Below the pieces are notes generated by a model that saw only the letters and a list, made by a program, of their open reading frames with translations, had not been told where the DNA came from and ran no database searches. DNA of 64,000 nucleotides from Antedon mediterranea. Taxonomy: Eukaryota > Animalia > Echinodermata. The DNA lies in the NCBI RefSeq assembly GCF_964355755.1, contig NC_092677.1, positions 7,648,101 through 7,712,100 on the forward strand, in the 5' to 3' direction. This document shows positions 12,848 through 26,870 of this stretch, piece by piece. Numbering within the stretch: position 1 is the first letter of the stretch; every line of letters starts with the position of its first letter. Position numbers and translations under genes: made by a program.

Positions 12848-13438
12848 TTATTACCTCCGCCAAGGAGGTTATGTTTTCACCCCTGTATGTTTGTGTGTGT
12901 GTTTGTGTGTGTGTGTGTCTGTGAACAGCCTGGAGGCCACAGTTTTTATCCGATTCTTACCAAATTTGGCAACAATGATCTATGCCCCAGAAGCTTGGAC
13001 GAGTTCGAATTTGAGGGGAAAAGGTCATAGGTCAAGGTCTCAACTAACAAAAAACTATTTTACTGCCTAGAGACCACAGTTTTTATCCGATTCTCACCAA
13101 ACTTAGCAACAATGATCAATGACATATCATATAATTGTGGTTAAATTTTGAAGGGTCAGGGTCAAAGATCAAGGTCCACAAAAAAAAAATGAAATAAAAA
13201 AATAATAATAAAAAAAACACCTCAGTGGGACTTGAACCAGCGATCTCAACTGTGAGAGGCTGGATACATAACCATTACACCACACTGTCATCCACAACTT
13301 TGTAGTGTGCAGTTAACATATTTACACTTAGAACTAATAAAAAAAAATGTACAAAAAAAAATATTCAGGGGGCATTTTATGTAGGGGAATTTTACAGTAG
13401 GCGCGCGGAGGTTTGTACTCTCGGAGTACCCTCTAGTT
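12848..13438 (+). mobile_element. Non-autonomous Helentron (HINE/DINE-1-like) in the intron
   Basis: TTATTACCTCCGCCAAGGAGG start, (GT)n microsatellite, AAGGTCA repeats, 3' GCGGAGGT sub-TIR + GTACTC..GAGTAC hairpin + CTAGTT; tRNA-like segment at about 13220-13290 (-). Confidence 0.8.
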
Positions 13439-13529
13439 ATTATTATAAAGCATTAACTACGGTACAACCAATTATATTTGATGCTACCTTAGTAATTCTA
13501 ATGAGACCTTTTTTGTGTGTTTCATTTCA

Positions 13530-13695
13530 ATTACCGAACCAAGCAATAAAAGAGATAACTAGTACTGATTGAATAACTGTTTCATAGAATAATTTCAAAG
13601 TACAACAGCTAATATTAAATTTATTTAGCTTTCTAAAGAAATATAAACTATGGTGACCTTTCTTAAATATCTCGGCCGTATTTTTTCCAAACCTA
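13530..13695 (-). mobile_element. LINE RT C-terminal fragment (Rex1/L2-like)
   Basis: KKGHHSLYFFRKLNKFNISCCTLKLFYETVIQSVL...WFGN. Confidence 0.6.
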
Positions 13696-14583
13696 ATCAG
13701 TATATAATATGTATATATCATTCAAAAAATGCCATGATTAGTCATTGTAGGCCTATTGAAAATTACGGGGTTTTATTTTTTATTTTGATATTATGAATTA
13801 AGCCTATTTTTTTCAACTTAGCAACTCATCAATAATTAGTAATAATTGTTTGGCTTTTATGTACAACAATATAGGCCTATTCACTGATACTGATATCTAT
13901 GTCTGTTTTTAATCCATTTTGTTCTTTTGTTTTAACATCTTATTCGTTTCTCCATGATTTTAAAAACAATTTAATTTATTACTTATTTATGGTTAGTCAA
14001 TCAATAATCAATTTGATACATTTATTATAAAGTAATTATGCCAATATTGATTGATTAGGCCAAGAAAGAAAAAAAGGCCTCAATCATAAAATACAATCTA
14101 GTTGCCAATATCCCAGCATCCCATACCCGTTCATGTGAGTGTGTGGCAGGCTGAAACCATTTCATGATTTTGGATAAAATACATTTATTTATAGTATTTA
14201 TCCGACAATATAACTTACTTATTATATTATCATGGGATATTTTTCTAGCCATAAACAACAAATATCTTAGGCCTAGTAATTTAATTAAAATTGACAGAAG
14301 AAAACCCGGACCGATGTTGGCAGTGGCGGACTGCTTTTGGCCACAAATTTCGAACCAAAACTGGTCCGACCGGACCGATTTTGGCCCCGGACCATAATAT
14401 TTGTCGTGACTCCGCAGTTTTGCTTTTGGTGTGAAAGGGCCAGAGAGTTGTCGAGGTAATTATGTATCATGAATGACCGGAATGATAAATTAAAAAAAAA
14501 TACATTTAGGTAGTATTACTACTCTTTTAAAAGTACGAAAAGTATAATGTAATATTAAAATGTTTCTTTCTTTTAAATTACAG

Positions 14584-14619
14584 ACAGCCTGGAGTGCAGT
14601 AGTTACACGGCTATTGTGG
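14584..14619 (+). CDS. Short stalk exon of the Ig gene
   Basis: ttacag|36 bp|gtaaga, phase 1-1, gives DSLECSSYTAIV in frame. Confidence 0.65.
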
Positions 14620-16196
14620 GTAAGATATATAACACTAGAATTGACACATCCCTATAGATCGTAAATTATTCCAATTTATGCAAATACAATGATAAATAGA
14701 TGAGAATTGCTGACGATAAAATTGGATATCGTTAAACGTTCCTCATGCATAATCTGTGCCCAGAGAATATTGGCTCATTCGTTCCTAATCACGAAATGGT
14801 TAAAAAGGAATTTTATTGTTTATTGTTTTTTTCTTTTTGCAATTTGTAACTGTTATCTTTTATTTTAAAATGTGTGGTGAAACCAATAAAACAAACAAAA
14901 AACTTTCCCTACGTTTTTTTGGATCTAATTTAAAGTAAAAAACTAGTATTATGTTATGTATAAACAAATACTATATGGACCTATTGCGATATTTTTTTGT
15001 CTTTAAACGGTTACAAATGTGACAAATTCGATGCGATTCTAATAATTTGAGCGGCGCTCTAAATACCAGCGTGAACTGATATTTTCGTTTGCACCCACTT
15101 TTGATCAATCGCGAAGGCCGCTGTCGTATTTATAAACTTCATTCGTACATTGCGTTCATCTAATCAACTCCTCCATGTTCCTAATGGAAACTAAATCCTA
15201 TGTCCATTGTGCATTTTCTGTGCAGCGCCTAAGTTATGGAATACAATAAGTCTATTGATTGATTGTTAGGCCTATCAGCAGCGTTCGTTACAGCTGTTTA
15301 AATACTAAGACCATCTACGCGAGCTACGAGTGCATTGTTTTTCTTTTTTATCATAATTAACCGTACGTACATTTAAAACAAGGAATTACCTGGTTTAGGC
15401 CTAATGTTTTCAAATTTATATGCATTACTTACAAAACGTCAACAATTGCAGAGAAAGTGTCTTTCACACCTACCTATAGACCGAATGTAAAAAGTATTAA
15501 CATCTCAATAAAGAGGGGGTTTTTTACCGTTTTTTTACGCACATTATCGCCCTTTTTTTAAACTCGTAAAAAACGGATAAAAATAACGAAATTATCTATT
15601 AAAGACGTAGGCCTAATTTATATTAATTTTTTTAAATCTTAGGTTTCTCATTATTTAAATCAGACTCAACAAAGTCTACTTCTATATGGCCTAGACCAGG
15701 CTAGGACCATCTGATATTATAGTAAACATAGTGAACTATATGATATCTATTATAGGATGGAACTGAATTTTCGTCCACCTTACCGTATCTGCTGATTTCA
15801 AGAATAATATTGTAACATTAATACATTTTTGTCTTGCCCAGCTCCAATCATAGAGGGCGCTATTACAAATAGAAAGATATTGGTACTGTATTTATTCTAT
15901 CAGTACTCACTTGGTATACATGGGTATGTCATGGCGTGCCAACGCGAAAAATGCGAAACCAAGCATCTCAATGTTTCACTTAATACAATCAATGCATACA
16001 TTATAAACATCTTATGGAAAACAGTATTAGTATGTTTTCTAATCTATTACCGTAATAATAATAATCATCATCATAAATTGATTATATAAATGAAAATATA
16101 TATTTTTTTAGATATATTAATTATGTTTGTTAACATCCACATGACTTATATAGTAATAGTACATCAAGGTTATTTCGTTTCTTTTTTATGTTTTAG

Positions 16197-16303
16197 GCTC
16201 CTTTAACAGTGGAAACTTTCTGAAGTATCACATACTGACTGAAATTTGCAGTCTAGTTTGTTTGGTAAACTATTTTTGTTTAGCCGTGTATTCTCCGTTC
16301 TAG
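16197..16303 (+). CDS. Terminal exon of the Ig gene, GPI-signal-like
   Basis: ttttag|GSFNSGNFLKYHILTEICSLVCLVNYFCLAVYSPF*; small-residue site, spacer, hydrophobic tail; last codons overlap an inverted repeat. Confidence 0.55.
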
Positions 16304-17719
16304 GAATGGTCTGAGGCTCGCGCATTATTGAAAGGAAAAACAATCACCAAGCCAATCTCTTTCCTATATATATTAGTAGAGTAAAACTAATGAAAAAAAG
16401 GGGCCAACCTCAAAAAAATTGCAACAAAAGGTTTCTCAACGGATTTTGGTAGTATTAGGTGTACTAAATAACAGAAAAAAAGTCTCAAGAATTTCGACCA
16501 CCGGAAAGTGTTTTTTTTCAAGATGGCCGCCAAAATAGATAAAAACTACTTGGTCTATTGATATAATTTTGGTACCAACATACTCAGAACATACATATTT
16601 ATATTCGCTATAATAGAACATTTTGGCCAAAAATGACCGGAAATGCTATTTCTTGCATGTTTGACCTTTGACCTTGATATGTTGTATCTTGGTAACAACT
16701 GACCGTAGGGAAACAAATTGTGGCTCAAATTGTTCAGAATGTACATATTTACATTTATTGTAATGAGACATTTTGTCAAAAAATGGTTAGAAGTAAAGGT
16801 TATTGACCTTTAACCTTGATATGCTATATTTCGATAATGACTGACTGAGATACTATTTATGGCTCAATTTGTTCAGAATATAATTATTTTTATTTCGTAT
16901 AATGGTCTAATCTACCCATGGAATTAAGAGCTTTCCTGGGAATCAAGTAACTGTAATATTTATAAAGACTTTTAGAATATGAGTTCAAGTTCAAATTGTT
17001 CAGAACATACTGTATACAATCTTAATAATAATAATAAATAAAAAACTGAAAAGTAAACAAAAACAAATATAATAATAATTTTAAATTTCTAATTACGGTA
17101 TAGCAGCAGTTGATTGGATATTGTGCATGTATTTAGTACGGCATCCTCAACAACTGTTTCAACTTCGTCTTCATCATCATCATCAATCTCTCTATCTACG
17201 TTGTTCCATTCTTCTAGTTGACACACTCCACAAACTGAAGTACATGCCAATCCATAGCATCTACAACTGCAAAATACAGTTTTACATCCAGTAGTACAGT
17301 TACAATGGATGATTTTCAAACTTAAGCAGCAGTTTCAATCGTCATTATTGGCACAAATGTTTTATTAAAAACTTGGTATTATCTTTCTTTATCCATTGCA
17401 TGATTTGATAGTATACGGTACTCTAAGACTGTGACATTTTGTAGCAGATGAGGTTGGTGGTAGTAGTTGTTGAGGTTTGATAAATTATTTACCCTCAGCA
17501 ACTTTCTTATTAAACAACTTGCATCTGTAGCTATTTAGGAAATCCAGTGACTTGGCTCCAAAAAGAATAGACATGGCCTTTAATCCAATCTCCTCGATAG
17601 TTTGAAGTTTCTGATGCGATTGAGTGAAAATATCGGCACACATCAGTGTCATATTCTGGGTTACTTTCTATCAATTTATTGGTTTATTTGCCTTCCTAAA
17701 GATGTCTTTGGCTTCGAAG

Positions 17720-18900
17720 AGTGAGGGTGGAAACGGACTTAGTTCATATTTCATTACATCGTCTAGAGAGATTTGTCCTAACTGAATTTGATGGAAAGAA
17801 AGAAGAGTTCTTGTCAAGGCATGAGAACAAACACAAATTTATCAACATGCTTTCATATGAGCTACAGAAAAAAGAATGTCCTGTACGACATGCAGCCAAC
17901 GAGTGGAGTTGTGGCTTGATGGTTATGATGCTTGGCTACCACTCCAAGGGTCCTGAGTTCAAGTCCCGTCACATGTCAGGATTTTTTCTAAGGACCAAAT
18001 TACTCCACTCCCAAAGACTTGTAATAAGACTTTGTTTATGTAGAGCATCTTGTGTATATGCTTGTCTTGTGAACCTCTGAGGGTCCCTAATGATCAGCAA
18101 TAGCTGGATGGATCACCCTCATTAAATATGGTTTAAAAAAAAACCAAAAAAAACGATGCCGATGTTGACTTTGCTTTGGCAACATAATACAGTAACTTTG
18201 ATTGGAGAAGACACGGACTTACTGGTACTTTTACTGTATCATGTAAATACAACAAACCGAGAAGTGTACTTCAGATTAGACAAAGGAAAAGATGGGCCTA
18301 CTAGAGTGATTAATGTAACCAGATTGAAATCTGTTTTAGGATATAAAATGTGAAATGCATTACCCATAGTGCATGCATTCACTGGTTGTGATTCGACGTC
18401 TAGGATTTTCGGAATCGGCAAGAAAGCGGCATTTAATAAATTGATTGAAAGTAACCCAGAATATGACATGTGTGCCGATATTTTCACTCAACCGCATCAG
18501 AAACTTTAAACTATCGAGGAGTTTTTGGAGCCAAGTCACTGGATTCCCTGAATAGCTACAGATGCAAGCTGTGTAATAAAAAAAGTTGTTGAGGGTAAAT
18601 CATTTATCAAACCTAGCTTCAACAACTACCACCAACCTCATCTGCTACAGAATGTCACATCACAGTCAAATCATGCAATGGCTATAGAAAGATAATATCA
18701 TGGATGCTACCAAGTGGGGATGGAAAGTTTGTAATAAAACATTTGTGCCAATAATGACGATGGAAACTGCTGCTCCAGCAGAACTTTGAAAATCATCCAT
18801 TGTAACTACTGGATGTATGTTGCAATTGTAGACTCTATGGATTGGCATGTACTTCAGTTTATAGAGTGTGTCAACTAGAAGAATGGGACAACGTAGATAG
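17720..18900 (+). pseudogene. AcademX-type transposase C-terminal remnant (XPG/PIN-like nuclease + Cys-rich finger); inverted partial copy at about 17140-17680
   Basis: ENKHKFINML..HAANDADVD..IGEDTDLLVLLL..HAFTGCDSTSRIFGIGK..LPPTSSA..GW; inverted copy reads KIIHCNCTTGCKTVFCSCRCYGLACTSVCGVC. Confidence 0.75.
17903..18151 (+). mobile_element. tRNA-derived SINE
   Basis: A box TGGCTTGATGG, B box GTTCAAGTCC, A-rich tail, AACGA duplication; removing it restores HAANDADVD in the transposase. Confidence 0.8.
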
Positions 18901-20834
18901 AAAGATTGATGACGATGATGAAGACGAAGTTGGAACAGTTGTTTAAGATGCAGTACTAAATACATGCACAATATCTAATCAATTGCTGCTATACCGTAAT
19001 TAGAAATTTAAAAGTTATTATTATATTATTTGTTTTTGTTTACTTTTCGGTTTTTTATTTACTATTATTATTAAGATTGTATACAGTATGTTGTGAGCAA
19101 TTTGAACTTGAACTCATATTCTAAAAATATTACAGTTATTTGATTCCCAGGAAAGCTCTCTATTTCATAAGTAGATTAGAACATTATACGAAATAAAAAT
19201 AATTATATTCTGAACAAATTGAGCCATAATTGGTGTATCTCAGTCAGTCATTATCGAAATATAGCATATCAAGGTCAATGGTCAAACATTTAGTTTCTGG
19301 TCATTTTTTGTCAAACTGTTTCATTAGAGTAAATATAAATAAGTATATTCTCAGTATTTAGAGCCCAATTTTAAATCTCTACCACACATAGTTGCCGAGA
19401 TATGGAAATTCTACATAAATAAAGTTAAAGGTCAATAACCTTTACTTCCAACCATTTTTTGACAAAATGTCTCATTACAATAAATGTAAATATGTACATT
19501 CTGAACAATTTGAGCCATCATTTGTTTCCCTACGGTCAGTTGTTACCAAGATACAACATATCAAGGTCAAAGGTCAAATTGTCAGAAATTGTATTTCCGG
19601 TCATTTTTGGCCAAAATGTTCTATTATAGCGAATATAAATATGTATGTTCTGAGTATGTTGGTACCAAAATTATATCAATAGACCAAGTAGTTTAGGAGG
19701 TATGGCCATTTTCACTTTTTATCTATTTTGGCGGCCATCTTGAAAAAAAAAACACTTTCCGGGGGTCGAAATTCTTGAGACTTTTTTTCTGTTATTTAGT
19801 ACACCTAATACTACCAAATTCCGTTGAAAAACCTTTTGTTGCTATTTTTTTGAGGTGAAACCTTATTTCTACTCTACTATCCTGGCTTGGTGATTGTTTT
19901 TCTTATTCAATGATGCGCGAACCTCTGCAGAGAAGACCGTTCCTAGAACCGAGCAACAAGTAATTTTAGTACATCGAAAACGTGTAACATAGGCCTTGTC
20001 TAGTATTGAGTTGTTTATTCCTTTATAGTCTGAGAGATGGGGCGATTTGGTGTACATATTTTACCATTGGTCTTAATATGATTTTTGTGTGAGACATACT
20101 TTGGTTCATCTGAAAATCCAGTTCTTAAGTGATTTTGATAATGCACTTTCGGGTCAAAGGTCAATGACCTATTGTTTTCACGCAATTTTACCAATATCTT
20201 TAGTTTATGGCACAGTATTCGATGAAATTCATCAATTCTTTTGGAATTAGGCTCAATGTAAAGCTGATGGATCATACTACACATTGATTATCAAAAGTCA
20301 TTTGAGTTATTGTTTTACAAATTATATGAAAAATAAACTCATTTTTTTGGGTAAATTTCATTTTTTTATTTTAATGAATAACAAATATTTTTGTAACATA
20401 TGCTTTAATTTTTTGAAACAACTTTTAAAAACTGTCCTAACTATATGGGAGTGGATATCAAAAAGAAATTTTAGATTTGAGCTTTTATATGTAAAATACT
20501 GATTTTACTCATTTTTGGGTAATGCTATCTCGTAAACTAGAATGCTAAATCATACATTAAATGAAAGCCAATGATAGTGTTTGTATTCATTGTAATGGCA
20601 GTTTTTGTCATAAAACTATCATAAGTCATCATAAATTTAGAAATGCAAAATGTAAAAACAAAATACTAAGTATAATAGACTTACCCGAAGTCTGTAGTTA
20701 TTTCGAGGCTTTTTGATGTTTGTCTGAACCTAAAATTGGGATGTTTCGAGCTCAAATAGTATACGTATGAAACGCAATATGTGCCAAATTATTTATCTTT
20801 TTACTAATATAAAGTCAAAACTCCGTCTGGAACC

Positions 20835-20935
20835 AGACCATAAGTATAAGTGACAATGCTTTGAATGTTGTTAACAGTGTCAAATTACTAGGAGTGAATT
20901 TACAAGATAACCTAAAATGGGATGTCCAAGTAAAC
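20835..20935 (+). mobile_element. CR1-type RT fragment
   Basis: ISISDNALNVVNSVKLLGVNLQDNLKWDVQVN. Confidence 0.6.
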
Positions 20936-21755
20936 TAAACTACTTACTAATTAAAATCAAAAGAAGCTTTAAACATATCAATTAGGAAAGTTGTCACTAA
21001 ATTACACTTTGTATTTAATTTTGAAGTTTTATTTATTTATTTATTTATTTTATTTTATTTATTTATTTCATTTCCCAACCAAAAGTGATCTCATGGTTCA
21101 CCACTTACAGGAGGGAACACAGACAAACACGTACACATACAATAACAAATATTAAATTAAAATACTAACAATGTTACGGAGATTATTACTAAAGATATCT
21201 AACTCAGGGTTTCTTAAAGTAAAATATTATAAGTTTGACTTAATCTACTAATAAAACCATTTTTTAAAACATTTACTCTACTAAAAAAATATGAAAAGTA
21301 GGATTTCTTCTAAGACGACGACAAGGGATTCTAAGATAAAAATTACTAACTAAGTTACAGTCAAATAAAGAATTAATACATTTATACAAAAAAACAAGAT
21401 CAAAAAAGGTTCTACGGGACTCGGGAGATTGGACATGGAAATGAAAATCAGGATTCTGGTTGTGGCTGATGTAGCTTAAAAAACGGTTATGCAGACGCGG
21501 AATATTTCGAAATAGAATTAAAAATAACAGAACTATAGTTGAGAATTGGAAGGATAATTGAATAATAAAGGTGGATTTTGGGTTGCCTGTCAAAATGTTT
21601 ACAATTACGCCACATCAGCCCAAGCAGTCTATTGCACTTGCCAACAAGATAATCAATATGAAAAGAAAAACAAAGGGAACTAATCAATAAAAACACCAAG
21701 ATCTTTTTGCGATTGCACCCTATTAATGGGATTGTCATTAATTAAATAATTATGA

Positions 21756-22560
21756 AACAAGGCCAACAGCCATTAAGTCGCGTGCTACAATGCATAGTGA
21801 TACCGGACCGACAGACAAACAGACCGACAGACCGACAGACAGACGGACCGACCGACATAGTGAACTATACTGACCGAAATTACTGAACATGTTTAAAAAT
21901 GTTGAAATGTTTAAAAACATTTATATTTTTTTAATTTACACGTGCGTAGCCTGTCACTTTTGACGTGCTCGTATAACGTAATTTCGAGTTGAAAAGTAAG
22001 TCAAGAAAACAGAAATCGGGCAAAAAGAGTGCGCAATAACATTTAACGCGCAGTGCGCGCGCAAAAATCTGCGCACTCATGGCAATTTTGTAAACGCTTA
22101 AAATTGCCTGAAACGTACTCTTATTTCATCGAAAATAAATTTTGAAAATTTTAGGCGCGCGTACGCATGCGTTACATGCGCTACGCACGTAATTGTATTG
22201 CCATATGATGATTTATGCCCTGAAATTTATGAGTACCAAATTTTATTTAATTGTTATTCATGGTTGTTAAGATATGATTACAAACGTGATTTCGTTAAAT
22301 CATGCGTAGACCGCGTAATTTTTTATTGCGCACCGTGAAATCATAACTACATCGATTCCTGGCCATAAGGAATATTCTGTGAAAAATTGATTTAGCTAGA
22401 TTAAACTGATATCAAGATAAGGTCATAAAGCGATAAAACGCATAGTGATACCGGACCGACAGACAGACAGACCGACAGACAGACCGACAGACCGACAGAC
22501 AGACAGACAGACCGACCGACCGACATAGTGAACTATAGAGTCGCTTCCACGCGACTAATA
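21756..22560 (-). mobile_element. Helentron-associated HINE/DINE-like MITE; short copy at about 26976-27090
   Basis: TTAGTCGCGTGGAAGCGACTCTATAG end, (GACA/GACC)n microsatellites. Confidence 0.75.
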
Positions 22561-22620
22561 AGATGTTATTTTTCAAAGTAATAGTTAAGATATTGCACTT
22601 GAGAAACATGAGTCGAAATA

Positions 22621-23539
22621 CAGTAGAACCTGTGTTTTACGTACCCTGATTTTACGTTCCCTTGATTTTACGTACGCTTAAAATAACCGATGACGTCATC
22701 ATTTTCTTACATTGAGGGCGCAATTTAACAACAACAAAGCACACAAAGCCACAATCATGGCTAGCTGTGTGTGGAATTCTGCTGTGTGTTTGAGTCAAGC
22801 AGCTACGCACGTCCATTTAAGCAGCGACTGTTTTTATTGATAGAAAATACAAGAACATTGATATTTTACACTTTATTTAAACATCTCACAGCCTGTATAT
22901 ACTGTACAGTACTGTACTTTTCTAGTTAGGCCTCATATCTTGCTAGGCCTGCTAGCCTGGCCGCGTAATTTTTTTTTCCAGGACGAACGTGGGCAGAAAT
23001 CATGAATAATTCAACCTTAATTATGACATAATAGGGAACATTATAGAGGGCGCTGTATAAGAATGCAGAGAGATTAAATAATTAGTGTAAACAACGTTTG
23101 CCAACCGAAATGTTTGGTCTAGTGGTAAAGGCTTTAACTTTTTACGATGGAGCCCTCGGTTCGAGGTCTTTCATGAACATGTTTTTTTTAATAGTTGAGA
23201 GAGATTATTTAGAGGGTTAGGTTTAGTATTTTTAGGAAGTAGATCAGCTATCTTTCAATTCTTTATAATAAAAAATAATTAAGGTAATGAATTATTCATG
23301 ACTTCTGCCCACGTTCGTCCTGGAAAAAAAAAACACGCAGCCTGACCTGAATAGTCTAGGCAAGGCCTAGCTAGTGACAACCTGCATGCTGTTCAATTAA
23401 AGTAGACAAACAGGGTAGCCTTTATAGCTACGATCTCTACGTATTTGGGGTCAATTTAAGGTCAACCTTGATTTTACGAATCCTTTGTTTTACGTACGCC
23501 TTTCGGTCCCGTACCGTACGTAAAATGGAGGTTCTACTG
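22621..23539. mobile_element. Tigger/pogo-like MITE
   Basis: TA|CAGTAGAACC...GGTTCTACTG with TTTTACG subterminal repeats; right TA not preserved. Confidence 0.7.
22953..23344. mobile_element. MITE with about 60-bp TIR nested in the Tigger-like MITE
   Basis: TTTTTCCAGGACGAACGTGGGCAGAAATCATGAATAATTCA and its reverse complement; tRNA-like A/B boxes at about 23116-23168. Confidence 0.7.
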
Positions 23540-24949
23540 GTTAAAAACAATTTTTTCTAACAATTTAGAAATGGTAGGCTCAGAGAGATAGGTCTATAGT
23601 TAGAAATCAATTGCTTGGTCCCCCCTTATGAATAGGAAAAATATTGGAACGTTTCCAAAAGGAAGGAAATTATCCGGTTTAAAGAGATTTATTAAAGAGG
23701 AAATAAAATAGAAAGAGGACGAGAACAGACTTTAAGATCATGGTTACTGAGATTATCACATCCAGATGCATTATGAGTCTGAATGGATGAAAGTAACGAG
23801 TTAACAATTTCAGATTGAATAATTGAGAATGCCGACAGAAGCCTCAGGCAGACGTTGGTGTTCTTCAGTCACAGGAGGACCAGATCTAAGAACTGAATGA
23901 AAATAATTGTTAAATAAAGCAGCCTTATCATTTGTTGTCTCCGCGACCTTGTGCCCATGCGACATAACCGAAGGATAAGAAGACGATTTTTTGGTCTTTA
24001 TCCACGACCAGAAGCGTTTGGGATTTGCCTTAAGATTCCCAGAAAGTGATTGCATATAACTTTTATATTTAGGTTTCATAAGGACTTTAAATTCTTTTCT
24101 GGCAACGGAAAAAGCATTTTTTGATTCATGTGTAGGCCTATTAAGTCGTTTAGAGATACGAAAACATTTCTCTTTATTTTTGAGAGCGACTCTAACTTCA
24201 TTACCAAACCATGGCGGCAGTTTTCTTTTTGGTCTAACAATAGCCACAAGATCACGGAGAGCAGCATCAACTAAATCATAAAAAAGGGAAACACTATCGT
24301 TAATATCATTGCACATAATGGATTAAATCAAAAATCATCATTATTTACAGCCTTGAAACAATAAAGTTGTCTTGAATCCCTAGAAAAGTGTTTTTGAATT
24401 GAAATTTTAAGAATAAAAGAAATTAATCAGATTCAAAAATATTCTGACCAGCAGAAATATCCGAGATTAAATCAATTGAATTATTACAAAAAATCTAATC
24501 TAAAACATTATTATTGCATTTTAGAATACGATTATATCGAAGTTACGACTGTTTTCACCTGTAATAATAATTAAAAATAATGCATCACTAAATTTAGATA
24601 CCGGTGCATGTTTACTATAAATAAGTGCATCTAACTAGAAAATTTCACATTTTCGAAAACATGTATGATTGTATAAGAAATAAACGTGAGAGTACTATTC
24701 TACTCTACTGTATTAATGTTTAATTAATTTATCTTATTACGATGACTTATTATTATTATGGTAGGTTTGAGACAAAAACTAAACATTATCATTGGCTTTC
24801 ATTAAATTAATGACTATAGCGTTCTACGACAAGTAGTTCCAGAGATAGTATTTTTTGAACAAAAAAAAATGAAAATCAGTATTTTCTAAAGTTATGATGA
24901 CTTATGGTAGGTTTACGACAAAAACCTCCATTACAATAAATTTCTTGTT

Positions 24950-26870
24950 TTTTTTTTTTTTTTTTTTTTTTTTCATTTTTTTTTATTCATTTCAAAAAAT
25001 ACAACCATAACACAAATCACTTAAATATAAAGTAATAGGTATCAAAAAGATATGAACGTTTAAATAAAGTAACTTACAGTGATCAAACAATATTAAAAAA
25101 CTATAAATTATTAATTCCATTTTTTTTTTAAAGTAAATTATTAATTAATTTGGTAAATGCTGTGTTTTCCACAATTATGTAACTAATCTAACTAAATATA
25201 ATTGTATTAATCAAATTAGCCAGAGATATACATTTACTAACATATTAATTTTTTTTTCTCTTTACATAGCAATAATAAATAATACTCATATTTATACCTA
25301 CACATACATACACACAAATATATCTTAATCTGTACTATTACCAAGGAACTATAATATAATTGTGTTAATTAAAATCAGATACATACATTTAACAACATAA
25401 CCATTTTTGTTTCTTTAAAATAATACATATATATTAATAAAATACATATTTTTAATTATCTGTATTGTAACCAAGGAACTAATAGTATGCCTATAATAAA
25501 TACTTAAATATATCTAACAAGTGCAAATAATAATTTCTGGTTTACATTTTAATTTAATACAATAATAAAGAGCAAGCGTAATAATAATAATAATACACAA
25601 AAGTAAGTCATTTCCTCGAGAAACAGTATCGTTAAGTTATCAAATATAATCTTCTATTAATCTCCACTTTTGTCTGAAATTATACAATGTACTTCTTTTA
25701 GAAGCAATGTTTTTCTCTACGTTATAATTAAATTTTAACCGATTAAAGAAAACCTGGAAGACTGGCTTTTTGTGAGTTAATTTGTAACTAAATATAATTT
25801 TCTTAATCAACAAAATACATAGATTTAATAACATATCAGGATTTTCTGTATTGTAACCAAATAATATGGAGGTTTTATCAAGGTAAATCTTTGTTTTTGA
25901 AATGTTTTCCCACCAAGTTGTGAATTCATCCCATAGTTTGGTTGCAATGTTACATTCAACCAAAAGATGGGTCATAGTTTCACTATTTGATTCACAATAG
26001 GAACACATATTACTCGGTACAATATTCATTTTATGTAGCCTACTATTAGTTGACAAGCAATTCACATTAATTTTATACTGAAATATTCTGGTTCTTACCT
26101 CCTGAGAACATTTAAATGGTAATACATAGATATTTTCCCATTTATCGCTATCTACACCTAATTCATCCTGCAATTTACTGTGAGATGTTGGTATTTTAAA
26201 GATTTTTTTAATTAAGGCTCTGTATATATTTTTTGTACTCATACTTTCTAATTCTTTCTCTTCATTCTTTACTTCCACTATAAACCCTCTCTTTTTATAA
26301 TTTGTTCGTAAAAACCCTAGCTTCATGTTTGCTTTCCACTGTGGGGGTATTGCAGATATCGTCATTCTCCAGTGCATGAAATTACTTGTCGATAAGCCTC
26401 TCTTTATCCACGTATTAAAGGGAATGATATTACCGTTTTCATAAAAAAGGTCGCTTACTAAACATATCCCAACATCTCTGAGGCTCTTGTAATAAAATGG
26501 CTTGCCATGTATATGCATGTGCCTATTAAACCATATATATTGGGACCCTTCGTTTACTGTATCAGGATGTATTAATTCGAAATAAGCGTTTAACATATCC
26601 TTATAAAACAATGGAATATTTTTCCAACTACGGACACAGTCCGCGCTTACATTACAATAAAAAATAGTGTCGCCTCCTTGCTTATTTAGGAACCTATGTA
26701 GTAGAGATCTCCATGCTGCATTGACATTTATGTTATATCGTTGTATCCATTTTATCTTTAATGCCTTAAACATACTTTTGATATCTACCATTTTTAAGCC
26801 GCCTTCTTCAATATTCCCAATTAATGTTGTTCTTTTTATCATACCTTTACCACCGTTCCATAATTCCATG
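24950..26870 (-). mobile_element. 5'-truncated L1/Tx1-clade LINE, ORF2 C-terminus still open (25640-about 26870), 3' UTR and poly(A)
   Basis: EEGGLKMVDI..IWFN..FQYKI..CSYCESNSETMTHLLVEC (zf-RVT); poly-T at about 24948-24983; TSD AATTTCTTGTT (24939-49, 26871-81); first about 20 aa of the listed ORF derive from the host TIR. Confidence 0.9.

Larger units (their letters stand above)
16374..19879. mobile_element. Academ-like element arranged as an inverted duplication (arms about 16374-17680 and 18435-19879)
   Basis: TAGTAGAGTA...TACTCTACTA ends; both arms carry the transposase 3' part; flanks 16293-16353 and 19885-19952 are also inverted copies. Confidence 0.75.
21030..24560 (-). mobile_element. 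Fragmented CR1-clade LINE (pieces at about 21030-21750 and 23545-24560)
   Basis: ...PPWFGNEV..KANPKRFWSWIK..KAALFNNYFHSV; WKRSNIFPIHKG..ISNYRPISL; KCNRLLGL..YYSIILPILNYSS; (TAAA)n tail. Confidence 0.8.
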
